Positions 1 to 13,199 of a DNA stretch of 64,000 bases are shown one piece after another. The stretch is taken from the NCBI GenBank assembly GCA_002269645.1, contig NIVC01000235.1:65050-129049 (forward strand), read 5' to 3'. This DNA is from Macrostomum lignano. Lineage: Eukaryota. Both the position numbers and the translations under genes were made by a program. How positions within the stretch are numbered: the first letter of the stretch is position 1; each line of letters opens with the position of its first letter. Under the pieces are notes generated by a model. The model saw only the letters and a program-made list of their open reading frames with translations. It was not told where the DNA came from and did not search any database.

Positions 1-114
1 ATATGGATAATGGATATGGGATTGGGGATCAGGAATATGGGATAAGAGATTCAAAATAGGGATAAAGGGATCGAAAATAGGGGTAGAGATAAGGGATAAG
101 GAACGAGGGATATT

Positions 115-1057
115 TTAGACTTGGTATAATTGAGATGGAACAATGTGCAGACAAAATCTGGAAAAAGAAAAAAAGAAAAAAATCTGGAAGGCCTGTGGAT
201 CCGAAGTAGTAAAACTACAAGTGAAGGTCGATCCAGCTGCTCAGCGATAGAGAAGATCAAAGAGAATCAAACAGTTGCCCCTTTCAGCGGATTCAATCAA
301 TTACCATTGCTTCTGTTGGAAATGAGCTCCACTTCCCAAATTGCTTTTCTTTTGCATCTCCAAGTATCGATTAGGGGAGACTTGCTGAAGCTGGGCGGTG
401 ATGCAGACTGGAACGATGGTGTTGTGTTTTGGTGCGATTGATCCTGACGCGATTCGAACTCGGAACCACGCTGAGCCACAGACCCCCAAATCCCCAATTC
501 GAGATCGGCAATGCTGAAGCCAACCTGCCGCTCGCTGCTGCTGCTGCTGCGCTGGTGTTCTCGCTGCCGCGGCCGCGCCTTCAAAGTCCGTTGCCGAGGC
601 CGAAGCCGCTCTGGCGCCGAGTCCATGCCGGAGGCCGCCGAGGATGAAGCTGGCGCAGCTGCCGATGAGGCGTTTGCCGCCCCGACCCTGGATGATGAGG
701 ACAGGCGCATTAGCGTAAGATTTGTATGAAACATCTGCATCGCACCCATGAAGAAAGAAAGAAATCGCAGCCATGCGCAGACCCGCCTACTAGCTAGTAG
801 TGAATATAGACACTGAGAAATCAATTGCAGACAGAGGATTTTTATCATACGAGTGGAACTCCTCCTTCGGAGGAGAAAGGGGAAGAACTCCTATCGCCAA
901 AATTCCATTCCCCGTAATTCATCAGCTGAAATCTCATGTCTTGAATCGCATCTTCCAAATCGTTTAGCGTGCCTGCGCTAGTGTTGGCGCGCTTGTATGA
1001 GTATGTGCTCACGGGGACTGAGCGGAATGAGCAGAATTGCCTCACCTCCCGTCTATC
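115..1057 (-). CDS. Four 3' coding exons of an unidentified low-complexity protein (probably the end of the minus-strand gene at 5.4-11.7 kb)
   Basis: Exons 851-1057 (DRREVRQF...GGVPL), 525-734 (MFHTNL...SERQ), 305-443 (DQSHQ...SNRSN) and 115-236 (AGSTFTCSF...YQV*) join through GT-AG introns with matching phases 0/0/1. No domain recognised; other frames are also open. Confidence 0.45.
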
Positions 1058-1654
1058 CTGCATATGAATTATTATTATTACAATAGAATGTATAATTATT
1101 TTAATGAGCCTTAGAAAAAATATCAGAATTTATTGTAAATCCTTTTGTTGAGCCAGCCGCTATATGCAATAGAAAATAGCAAACTGAAGCAAATTAATAA
1201 TTACTGATTAGCAAATGTTTCGCAAGAAGCATCGTTCTGCTGCTTGAAAAAATTCTCTCTATTCGCTACTCGAGAGTAGCACAGTAAGATCTTTACAACC
1301 TGAATGATCAACGTCAGCTTCTCTCCCACTCTCCAGCAGCAGGAATGGGAACAGCTGCTGCGCCGCCTGCTGCAGCAGCACCTGGCCAGGAAGCGGCACT
1401 CAGGCACAATGTCGATGAAGCAGATCCAGAATCTCTACCAGATGATGAAGGTCGGCTGATCGGCTTCGACAATCTATGAACAGATATTGAATAAACCGCT
1501 GTGAAATGGTCGAACTCAAATGTTTGTGATTTAGGAAAATACACCAACAGAGCTCGGAACTTCCTCCGCTGTGTTCAGTGATCCTGACAAGGAAGAAGAA
1601 TAAGCAAACAGTGCGTTGTGGGCTGCTGGCTGTCCGAATCTGCTTAATTCAGCA

Positions 1655-2506
1655 TGATTCCAACACATGACCTACTGATTCCAACACATGACCTGCTGAT
1701 TCCAACATATGACCTGCTGATTCCAACACATGACCTACTGATTCCAACGCATGACCTGCTGATTCCAACACATGACCTACTGATTCCAACACATGACCTG
1801 CTGATTCCAACACATGACCTACTGATTCCAACACATGACCTACTGATTCCAAACACATGACCTACTGATTCCAACACATGACCTACTGATTCCAACACAT
1901 GACCTACTGATTCCAACACATGACCTACTGATTCCAACACATGACCTGCTGATTCCAACACGTGACCTGCTGATTCCAACACATGACCTACTGATTCCAA
2001 CACATGACCTACTGATTCCAACACATGACCTACTGATTCCAAACACATGACCTACTGATTCCAACACATGACCTGCTGATTCCAACACATGACCTACTGA
2101 TTCCAACACATGACCTACTGATTCCAACGCATGACCTGCTGATTCCAACACATGACTTACTGATTCCAACACATGACCTGCTGATTCCAACACATGACCT
2201 ACTGATTCCAACACATGACCTACTGATTCCAACACATGACCTACTGATTCCAACACATGATCTGCTGATTCCAACACATGACATGCTGATTCCAACACAT
2301 GACCTACTGATTCCAACACATGACCTGCTGATTCCAACACGTGACCTACTGATTCCAACACATGACCTACTGATTCCAACACATGACCTACTGATTCCAA
2401 CACATGACCTACTGATTCCAACACATGATCTGCTGATTCCAACACGTGACCTGCTGATTCCAACACGTGACCTACTGATTCCAACACATGATCTAATAAT
2501 TCCAAC
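1655..2506. repeat. 21-bp minisatellite (ATGACCTACTGATTCCAACAC)n, about 40 copies
   Basis: Direct tandem units; 22-bp variants near 1850 and 2040; source of the LESVGHV / LLIPTHD ORFs. Confidence 0.97.
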
Positions 2507-3388
2507 ACTTAATATACAAAATACATGCATCCCAGAAAGAAAGATAATGAGACAAGATGCTGAGGAGTGAAATTTGAATCGGTGCAATCCAATCAGAAGA
2601 AAACTGCTGATGCAGCTATCAGAAACAGCAGTATATAATCGAAAGCTTCTGGAATGCAGCCATGACATGCAGAGCATCAGTAAAATCCGGCATCAACAAG
2701 TAAATCTGTGGTTAAAAAGTGGCACTCTTTCTTATTGACTTGCTTCAAAGCAAATAGTTCCAGTGAAACAGTTTTCAATAGCAGCATTCCGCAAATTACA
2801 GCAAGTACTTTTAATTTAAGATTTAGATTAGAAACAAATAGTGACAACTTAGCAAGCCGAGTGTAAAGGTACATGTAGTTGTTTTGCTATAAAGAGTCAT
2901 CAGTAAGTGCATTTTTGCACTTCAGGCCAACTTCAGGGGCCAGCTTCAGGTTGACAGCCTCAGTAGGCGGAACCGGACTTCATGATGCGGCCCTGGATGG
3001 TGCTGGGGGTCACTGGAATGCGGAAAAGTACACTTTATAAAATTATTATCGATATTTTAACTGTACAATATTAATAATAGGCATTTTTGAACTGATTACA
3101 AATAATGTTTGATAATTGCGAAAGCCATAATTCAGGATTGTAATGTGATGTCTGATTATAACAGTTTTTATTGAGGGAGGGGGTGGCGGTGCTGATAAGA
3201 ATGCAGCCTTGTCAGAAGGTTGTAAAGAGGGAGAAATGGAAAAATGTCACAGAGAGAGACGAAGCGAGAGATTGCGTGCACTAGAAAAGTGATGGGGTTT
3301 CTAAAGGACAAGAAAAAACACAATTTGCAAAGACACTTCTAAAAATATTCGCACTAGCAATGCATATTGAAATTTTGAAAATGCTTAC

Positions 3389-3807
3389 GTCACACTAGGT
3401 ATGTCACACTGGGTATGTCACTCTGGGTATGTCACACTGGGTATGTCACACTGGGTATGTCACTCTGGGTATGTCACACTGGGTATGTCACACTGGGTAT
3501 GTCACTCTGGGTATGTCACACTGGGTATGTCACAATGGGTATGTCAAACTGGGTATGTCAACTTGGGTATGTCACACTAGGTATGTCACACTGGGTATAT
3601 CACACTGGGTATGTCACACTGGGTATGTCACACTGGGTATGTCACACTAGGTATGTCACACTGGGTATGTCACACTGAGTATGTCACACTGGGTATGTCA
3701 CACTGGGTATGTCACTCTGGGTATGTCACACTGGGTATGTCACACTCGGTATGTCACTCTGGGTATGTCAACTTGGGTATGTCACACTGGGTATGTCACA
3801 CTGAGTA
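3389..3807. repeat. 14-bp minisatellite (CTGGGTATGTCACA)n, about 30 copies
   Basis: Direct tandem units visible in sequence. Confidence 0.97.
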
Positions 3808-4233
3808 TACCCAATGGGTCAGGATACCTCATATTTTATCTATTTAAGCCCTACAGAAGTGTAGAAATCACAATCTCTATACTTAAGTATTGTCACATTA
3901 CTGTTTCATAATTAACAAGCTCATGCATAGTAATGACGCGCGCTACAATGGACGAAGGAAAATAAAATTCCCAGGTAAAATCAGTGAGTACGCATTGGTG
4001 ATTGGTGCTGAGTCGGATGCTGCACATAAAGCAGAGTAATATTTATGATGAAGCCAGCATTTTACCAGCGCACTCAGAATCCGCCCGAGATGGCGGTGCC
4101 GGCAACTCCCAGGCAGGAGCCGCGGCTGCCGAAGGTGCACTTCCAGGAGGTCGCTGGCGTAACAGAGGCCGATAATTTAAGTCAGGCTGTGTTTCCAATG
4201 CAAATAATCAGCCTTGCGAATGTAAACAACTAG

Positions 4234-4697
4234 CACTATTCACAGCAGTCACGCTATTCACAGCAGTCACATCATTCACAGCATTCACACTATTCACAGC
4301 AGTCACACTATTCACAGCAGTCACACTATTCACAGCAGTCACACTATTCACAGCAGTCACACTATTCACAGCAGTCACACTATTCACAGCATTCACACCA
4401 TTCACAGCGTTCACACTATTCATAGCAGTCACACTATTCACAGCATTCACACTATTCACAGCGTTCACACTATTCATAGCAGTCACACCATTCACAGCAT
4501 TCACACTACTCACAGCAGTCACACTATTCACAGCATTCACACTATTCACAGCATTCACACTATTCACAGCATTCACACTATTCACAGCGTTCACACTATT
4601 CATAGCAGTCACACTATTCACAGCATTCACACTATTCACAGCAGTCACACTATTCACAGCGTTCACACTATTCACAGCGTTCACACTGTTTACAGCA
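4234..4697. repeat. 18-bp minisatellite (CACTATTCACAGCAGTCA / CATTCA variants), about 25 copies
   Basis: Direct tandem units. Confidence 0.97.
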
Positions 4698-5155
4698 TGA
4701 CTGATTATGAATGGCTATTAACAGTAGAACTACCGAGGGGGGGGGGAAAAATCCCCCCTGACAATTTTTTGCTGCGCCGGAGTGGAGCAACGCAGGCACA
4801 CGAAATTCAAGAACACGGGCTAACTCTTTGTTACGCGCCTTCTCAAACAAGAATCAAGTCGCCAGCCTACCGGACCGTCGAGATATTCGACGATTCTGAC
4901 ATAAAGTCGGTGCATTTAAGTACACCCCTGTGCGCCAATCAGCACTGCGCCTCAGTGCAGCCTTGCCAAGCCTCCAAATTTCATCAGCACATCGACAACA
5001 TGTGTCTGCATCAGCTATGACTTCGTCACTGGCCTTCACACAGGCGGAGCTTCTGGACCTTCAACAGGTGGCACCAGGGGACTTTGAACATCCTGATGCG
5101 AACTTCTCTTGGTAGTTCGACGGGCGGAAAAATGGCTTGGTATTCCTACTGTTAC

Positions 5156-5311
5156 ATGCATTGCTAAATAGTTCAGCTACTCAATTGAGCTGTTAAATGC
5201 ATTGCTAAATAGTTCAGCTACTCAATTGAGCTGTTAAATGCATTGCTAAATAGTTCAGCTACTCAATTGAGCTGTTAAATGCATTGCTAAATAGTTCAGC
5301 TACTCAATTGA
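5156..5311. repeat. 41-bp tandem repeat, about 3.8 copies
   Basis: TGCATTGCTAAATAGTTCAGCTACTCAATTGAGCTGTTAAA starts at 5157 and recurs at 5198, and so on. Confidence 0.95.
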
Positions 5312-5395
5312 ACTCATCCGAAGAATCTGTGCAACTGGTGACGTCCGACCGCAGTGAACAGTGAACCCTGGCAGTCTCTGGGCTTGATTACTCAC

Positions 5396-8300
5396 AGGTG
5401 GGCGGTCGCTTGTCCTCGAACCAGTACTTGTTGCCAGCTCGGGCGCGCTGCAGCGCCTTCGAGCTTCGCTGCTGCTGCAGCCCCGTGGCCGGCCGCCGCG
5501 GGGTCGCCTGCGGCCGGAGACCGGTGGCTGGCACTGCCTGCACGCCGAGGCTGCAGCCGGGCGAAAGGCCGTGCGGCGGAAAGCGCTGACAGTCAGACGT
5601 CACTCCGGCTGCGGCGGTGATTTGTTCATCGTCGAGATAAGCGCCGTCGGGAATTTTCAAGCCACCCCACACCGCCTTTTCCACACTCCCTGACTTTTCT
5701 AGCCACCCCACACCGCCTTTTCCACACTCCCTGACTTTTCTAGCCACCCCACACCGCGTTTCCACACTCCCTGAATTTTCTAGCCACCCCAAACCGCCTT
5801 TCCACACTCCCTGACTTTCTAGCCACCCCACACCGCGTTTCCACACTCCCTGACTTTTCTAGCCACCCCACACCGCGTTTCCACACTCCCTGACTTTTCT
5901 AGCCACCCCACACCGCCTTTCCACACTCCCAGACTTTTCCATCCACCCCACACCGCGTTTCCACACTCCCTGACTTTTCCATCCACCCCACACCGCCTTT
6001 TCCCACTCCCAGACTTTTCCATCCACCCCACACCGACTTTCCACACTCCCAGACTTTTCCATCCACCCCACACCGCCTTTCCCACTCCCAGACTTTTCTA
6101 GCCACCCACGCCGCGGTTCCACACTCCCTGACTTTTCTAGCCACCCCACACCGCGTTTCCACACTCCCTGACTTTTCCAGCCACCCCACACCGCCTTTTT
6201 CCACTCCCAGACTTTTCCATCAACCCCACACCGCGTTTCCACACTCCCTGACTTTTCCAGCCACCCCACACCGCCTTTTCCCACTCCCTGACTTTTCCAG
6301 CCACCCCACACCGCCTTTTCCCACTCCCTGACTTTTCCATCCACCCCACACCGCCTTTCTCCACCTCTGACTTTTCCAGCCACCCCACACCGCCTTTTCC
6401 CACTCCCTGACTTTTCCATCCACCCCACACCGCCTTTCTCCACCTCTGACTTTTCCAGCCACCCCACACCGCCTTTTCCACACTCCCTGACTTTTCCATC
6501 CACCCCACACCGCCTTTTCCCACTCCCTGACTTTTCCAGCCACCCCACACCGCCTTTTCTACACTCCCTGACTTTTCCATCCACCCCACACCGCCTTTCC
6601 ACACTCCCTGACTTTTCCAGCCACCCCACACCGCCTTTTCTACACTCCCTGACTTTTCCATCCACCCCACACCGCCTTTCCACACTCCCTGACTTTTCCA
6701 TCCACCCCACACCGCGTTTCCACACTCCCTGACTTTTCCATCCACCCCACACCGCCTTTTCCCACTCCCAGACTTTTCCATCCACCCCACACCGACTTTC
6801 CACACTCCCAGACTTTTCCATCCACCCCACACCGCCTTTCCCACTCCCAGACTTTTCTAGCCACCCCACGCCGCGGTTCCACACTCCCTGACTTTTCTAG
6901 CCACCCCACACCGCGTTTCCACACTCCCTGACTTTTCCAGCCACCCCACACCGCCTTTTTCCACTCCCAGACTTTTCCATCAACCCCACACCGCGTTTCC
7001 ACACTCCCTGACTTTTCCAGCCACCCCACACCGCCTTTTCCCACTCCCTGACTTTTCCAGCCACCCCACACCGCCTTTTCCCACTCCCTGACTTTTCCAT
7101 CCACCCCACACCGCCTTTCTCCACCTCTGACTTTTCCAGCCACCCCACACCGCCTTTTCCCACTCCCTGACTTTTCCATCCACCCCACACCGCCTTTCTC
7201 CACCTCTGACTTTTCCAGCCACCCCACACCGCCTTTTCCACACTCCCTGACTTTTCCATCCACCCCACACCGCCTTTTCCCACTCCCTGACTTTTCCAGC
7301 CACCCCACACCGCCTTTTCTACACTCCCTGACTTTTCCATCCACCCCACACCGCCTTTCCACACTCCCTGACTTTTCCAGCCACCCCACACCGCCTTTTC
7401 CACACTCCCTGACTTTTCCATCCACCCCACACCGCCTTTCCACACTCCCTGACTTTTCCATCCACCCCACACCGCCTTTCCACACTCCCTGACTTTTCCA
7501 GCCACCCCACACCGCCTTTTCCACACTCCCTGACTTTTCCATCCACCCCACACCGCCTTTCCACACTCCCTGACTTTTCCAGCCACCCCACACCGCCTTT
7601 TCCACACTCCCTGACTTTTCCATCCACCCCACACCGCCTTTTTCCACTCCCTGACTTTTCCAGCCACCCCACACCGCCTTTTCTACACTCCCTGACTTTT
7701 CCATCCACCCCACACCGCCTTTCCACACTCCCTGACTTTTCCATCCACTCACACCGCCTTTCCACACTCCCTGACTTTTCCAGCCACCCCACACCGCCTT
7801 TTCCACACTCCCTGACTTTTCCATCCACCCCACACCGCCTTTCCACACTCCCTGACTTTTCCAGCCACCCCACACCGCCTTTTCCACACTCCCTGACTTT
7901 TCCATCCACCCCACACCGCCTTTTTCCACTCCCTGACTTTTCCAGCCACCCACACCGCCTTTCCACACTCCCTGACTTTTCCAGCCACCCCACACCGCCT
8001 TTTCCCACTCCCAGACTTTTCCATCCACCCACACCGCCTTTCCACACTCCCTGACTTTTCCAGCCACCCCACACCGCCTTTTCCCACTCCCAGACTTTTC
8101 CATCCACCCACACCGCCTTTCCACACTCCCTGACTTTTCCAGCCATCTCTCTTCATTTTCTTGACCAATCAGGACGCGTCCCATTCCTCACCGTTAATAT
8201 AGACCATGTGGTTGCCAAGGTTGCCGGTGCACTGGGTCACGTGACGCCAGTTGCTGCCGACTCGACCGGCGCGATAAAAAGCCGCCTGACTGCCGTCCTT

Positions 8301-11300
8301 GGGCGCGGCCGGGACGGAGGCTGGCAGCGGCCCCAGCGTGACAGTCTTGCCGTAGGGGTTCAGGAAGCGAACGGGCTGTGTCACGGGCAGTCCGTGGTAT
8401 CCGGGCAGCTGCTGGCTAGTCGAGTAGGCGGCCTGCCAGGCGTTCGCTGCCGTCTCCGACCCGTCGTCGGGGTAGCAGCTGGAGTGACCGCCGCCGCCCC
8501 TGTCGGCCAGCATTTCGTAGGCGTCCTGGTACTCACCGAATGCGTGACTTGGGGAGTCCGTCTGCGGGGTCGGGAAGGATTCCTGTAAGCTACTGAGACT
8601 CGATGATGAGACTCCATGAGAGACAGTGAGACTCCATGAGAGACAATGAGACTCCATGAGAGACAGTGAGACTCTATGAGAGACGGTGAGAGTCTATGAG
8701 AGACAGTGAGACTCCACAAGAGACAGTGAGACTCCAAGCGAGACAGTGAGATTCCATGAGAGACAGTGAGACTCCATAAGAGACAGTGAGACTCCATGAG
8801 AGACAGTGAGACTCTATGAGAGACAGTGAGACTCCATGAGAGACAGTGAGACTCCATGAGAGACAATGAGACTCCATGAGAGACAATGAGACTCCATGAG
8901 AGACAGTGAGACTCCATGAGAGACAGTGAGACTCTATGAGAGACAGTGAGACTCCATGAGAGACAATGAGACTCCATGAGAGACAATGAGACTCCGTGAG
9001 AGACAATGAGACTCCATGAGAGACAGTGAGACTCCGTGAAGGACATTTTAAATTTACAATTCAAAAGGAACAAAATGACAAAACAAAACGGTAACAAAGC
9101 GGTGATAGCACAAGGAAGACAGCTTTAAAGTCTGATAGAATTTAATTCTACAGGACATCCACTTTCAGCAAAGCTGTAGAGATGCCTTCTCCTAGAGGCA
9201 GAAGACTTACACAGCCGGCTTACCCAATAGTTTCTCTGTAACGTTGACAAATTTGATGGTTAAATAGGTAGACAGTGTTAGATTGAAAATCCATGGAGTA
9301 GTGATTCGTTGACAACTGCATGTACTCATAATAGCACGTACTCACCTGGACTTCCACGCTCCTCATGAGCAAGCCGCTGTCTGGCCGACGAGCCGCCGCG
9401 GCGCTCCAGTCCGCTGACCTGCGCGAGCTGCAATTTTGAGTTGCCATGGCTGAATTTCACTGTCAGTCTCAATTATTATGCCGTAAATTTCGAGTAAAAT
9501 GAAGCTAATACATTACCTAGCGGTAATACTCTTGCGGGACATTTATGGTCGAATAAAAATTATTTTATCTCTCCTCTAGACTGGTATTTTCTCCGAGCGC
9601 ACCGCAGCGGTGTCTGGACCAGTTTGCGTGAACTCTCTGAGACTGCCAAGCAGACTCTTGTCTAATAAATACCTCTATGAGGCAGTTTTACTGTAAAGCA
9701 GGCAGGAGCGGGGGCTGGGGACGGTGAGAGGGCAGCTCAGGTGTAGCCAAAACCCCAGACAGGCACTATTGAGCTAGAGATGAAGAGAACTGAGCAGCAT
9801 TGAGTAGAGCGAAGCGGAGAAGCTGCCTCTGAGGCGCACTCTTGCTTCGAATATTTTGATCTTGCCTGTTTTGCGAAAAAATGCACTCAAGTTTAAGTTT
9901 TAGCGAACCTTAAGCCACGCAAACATAATTAAATGGATAATTAAAACGGCTCGCACATCAAATTGCCTTCTCCTCTGCTGACTCTGGGACTCTGTGACCA
10001 TAATTTAACTAACTAGATAATAATTTGCTTGTCTGACAGGCAATCTAGTCAGCGGTTCCTGGAGGTCCGAGGCTCGATTCCCGGAGTGCCCACAATTATA
10101 GAGAGAGCATGTAGAGCTTGCACATGCCTGATGACCCTGTGTAAGACCTGCTGTGAGACCTGCTCAGGCAAGATGCCTCTTCACCGGCTGTGAGACCTGC
10201 TGTGAGACCTGCTCAGGCAAGATGCCTCCTCACCGGCTGTGAGACCTGCTGTGAGACCTGCTCAGGCAAGATGCCTCCTCACCGGCTGTGAGACCTGCTG
10301 TGAGACCTGCTCAGGCAAGATGTCTCCTCACCGGCTGTGAGACCTGCTGTGAGACCTGCTCAGGCAAGATGCCTCCTCACCGGCTGTGAGACCTGCTGTG
10401 AGACCTGCTCAGGCAAGATGTCTTCTCACCGGCTGTGAGACCGCACCTGCTCAGGCAAGATGTCTTCTCACCGGCTGTGAGACCGCACCTGCTCAGGCAA
10501 GATGTCTTCTCACCGGCTGTGAGACCGCGCCTGCCCAGGCAAGATGTCTTCTCACCGGCTGTGAGACCGCGCCTGCCCAGGCAAGATGTCTTTTCACCGG
10601 CTGTGAGACCGCGACTGCTCAGGCAAGATGTCTTCTCACCGGCTGTGAGACCGCACCTGCTCAGGCAAGATGTCTTCTCACCGGCTGTGAGACCGCACCT
10701 GCTCAGGCAAGATGTCTTTTCACCGGCTGTGAGACCGCACCTGCTCAGGCAAGATGTCTTTTCACCGGCTGTGAGACCGCACCTGCCCAGGCAAGATGTC
10801 TTTTCACCGGCTGTGAGACCGCACCTGCTCAGGCAAGATGTCTTCTCACCGGCTGTGAGACCGCACCTGCTCAGGCAAGATGTCTTCTCACCGGCTGTGA
10901 GACCGCACCTGCTCAGGCAAGATGTCTTCTCACCGGCTGTGAGACCGCGCCTGCCCAGGAAAGATGTCTTTTCACCGGCTGTGAGACCGCGACTGCTCAG
11001 GCAAGATGTCTTCTCACCGGCTATGAGACCGCCCCTGCTCAGACAAGATGTCTCCTCACCGGCTGTGAGACCATATCCTTGAAGGGGCCTCAATGCCTAC
11101 ACAAATTATTGTTAACCATCGAAGTGCACTTTAACACGAGCAGCCCTATCTTACCTGGATGCTGGAAACGGATGAAGCGTGGTTCTGGCGGCCAGATCTG
11201 CACCAAACTGGAGGCTCCTCAAATTATTTCCCGTCTTGGCCCGGCTCAGCTTCTCCATGGCGCTGCTGAGAACTCCGTCCGGGATTATATTATTGCCTTC

Positions 11301-11708
11301 TTCTTGGGCCTCTTCTAAAAGGAACGGAAGTAACGGCAACTCACGGTTGGTGCGATTGTGTGCGTTTCCAACTGGCAGAAGTGACGCCAGCACTCTACTT
11401 AGGCCTTCATACGGATGCTATTGATGCACTGATAAAGCTGAGTTCATGCCAGCCTATCAGCAATCCTCAACTCCCGTTTCTGCGTGTGCTCAGCAGTCCG
11501 AGACGCTGCATCAGTTATAGCCTCATGCATGTATTCAGTCACTGTTAATCTCGAGAGCTTCCTGAGTTCTCAGTCTCACCCCCTAGCCACAATGGCATAC
11601 TGGAGCGGCCTGGTCGGTCCCTGCTCAAGCTTAAGAGCCGCTCGCCCCCGGCATCGTCCCGGCAAACCACCAGACCATGAATTATGCAACAATGCGAGTC
11701 TCTCTTTT
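5396..11708 (-). CDS. Multi-exon low-complexity protein of unknown function (partial model)
   Basis: Exons 11580-11708, 11155-11371, 9346-9418, 8192-8582 and 5396-5608 have GTGAG/GTAAG donors and CAG acceptors and join in frame (phases 1,2,0,1): ...GNAHNRTNRELPLLPFLLEEAQEEG...SADWSAAAARRPDSGLLMRSVEVQ ESFPTPQ...GEYQDAYEML...MVYIN AGVTSDCQRF...KYWFEDKRPPT. The start and the link to the 115-1057 exons are unresolved. Confidence 0.6.
5661..8144. repeat. 39-41-bp C-rich minisatellite (CCACCCCACACCGCCTTTTCCACACTCCCTGACTTTTCCAG)n, about 60 copies, intronic
   Basis: Tandem units fill the intron between exons 8192-8582 and 5396-5608; contains a 760-bp higher-order duplication. Confidence 0.97.
8608..9037. 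repeat. 20-bp minisatellite (GAGACTCCATGAGAGACAGT)n, about 21 copies
   Basis: Direct tandem units, intronic. Confidence 0.97.
10138..11072. repeat. Compound minisatellite: 49-bp units then 42-bp units (CTGTGAGACCGCACCTGCTCAGGCAAGATGTCTTCTCACCGG)
   Basis: Direct tandem units; source of the PAQARCLLTGCETA ORF. Confidence 0.96.
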
Positions 11709-11796
11709 CTGTAGGGCTGCTGAGAACTCAAAGTTTTCTAAGGGATTCTCCTCATCCTCATCATTCTGCCTCAAAATCTCGCTGTATTACTCTAGG

Positions 11797-11874
11797 TGTC
11801 CGACTCAGCTGGCTGTCCGACTCAGCTGGCTGTCCGACTCAGCTGGCTGTCTGACTCAGCTGGCTGTCCGACTC
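11797..11874. repeat. 17-bp repeat (TGTCCGACTCAGCTGGC), about 4.5 copies
   Basis: Direct tandem units that abut the next array. Confidence 0.9.
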
Positions 11875-12183
11875 AACACACGACCTGCTGATTCCAACAC
11901 ATGACCTGCTGATTCCAACACATGACCTGCTGATTCCAACACATGACCTACTGATTCAAACGCATGACCTGCTGATTCCAACACATGACCTACTGATTCA
12001 AACGCATGACCTGCTGATTCAAACGCATGACCTGCTGATTCCAACACACGACCTACTGATTCCAACACATGACCTGCTGATTCCAACACATGACCTACTG
12101 ATTCCAACACATGACCTGCTGATTCCAACACTCGACCTACTGATTCCAACACATGACCAATTCATTCCAGCACATGACCTGCT
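11875..12183. repeat. Second array of the 21-bp ATGACC(T/G)ACTGATTCCAACAC satellite, about 14 copies
   Basis: Same unit and orientation as 1655-2506. Confidence 0.96.
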
Positions 12184-12506
12184 GACCAAGACCAAGTCCC
12201 ATGGCAACCGACATCTTGATCAGCCTTACTATTCATATCATATTTTTATGGAGATCACCTCAGAAAGTTTCTTTGATTTTCCGTTTTGGTCAATATCTGC
12301 CTGTTTTTTCATGAAAATGTACCTCATCGGCAGTCATGGTGAATTTTACTCCATCGGTTTTGCAGCGTAGGGAAATAAGTAGAAGTGGATTTGATTGCTA
12401 TTTAGAGAATAGTACTTATAGTAGGAAATTGAACATGTACATATTATTTGTAGAACGACACAAAGTAATTTTTATGGTCATTCGTCTAATTCAGACAAAG
12501 AAGTAA

Positions 12507-12754
12507 GGTGTCAGAAAATGAGTCAGGTGTCACCAAATGAGTCAGGTGTCAGCAAATGAGTCAGGTGTCACGGAATGAGTCAGGTGTCAGCAAATGAGTC
12601 AGGTGTCAGCAAATGAGTCAGGTGTCAGCAAATGAGTCAGGTGTCAGCAAATGAGTCAGGTGTCAGCAAATGAGTCAGGTGTCAGCAAATGAGTCATGTG
12701 TCAGCAAATGAGTCAGGTGTCACCGAATGAGTCAGGTGTCAGCAAATGAGTCAG
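12507..12754. repeat. 19-bp minisatellite (GTGTCAGCAAATGAGTCAG)n, 13 copies, each containing TGAGTCA
   Basis: Direct tandem units; TGAGTCA counted 13 times. Confidence 0.96.
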
Positions 12755-13199
12755 TCTTCATTGAATGTCATGAATCCTGGGGTCATTATTATACCTGAAA
12801 TTTTATCTCTGAATAATTAATGAACGATGCAGCCAAAAGTGACCTCAGTGCCATTATAACCAGGGCAGGAACTTCCTCAATTCAGCAAGTCCTTGAAAAA
12901 ACACTCCAGCACTGAGCGACTGAGAAGCTAGAGATGAAGCTACTATGCTGAAGCTTGAGATCTTCACTTTCTGATTTTAATCGACAGCTCAGGGAGCCTG
13001 GCAGTCCCGTATCAACAAGAAAAAAGCACAACATCATTTGCATTTCCAAGTCAGGAAAAATTATTGCTTCCAGGAGAAGCTGAGTTCAAAGTTCTCTTGC
13101 CCTGGTCGCTGCAAGGCCCGGGAACTGTGAGCCGGTCCTACGTCAGGAAGAAGGAAGCGCTGTAAGGGAGCGGGCGGAGCACAGCAGAGCATGCTGAAA

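Noticed and set aside
10040-10100. Possible tRNA (GGCTCGATTCCCGG B-box-like text)
   Set aside because: No convincing A box or cloverleaf; at most a decayed SINE head.
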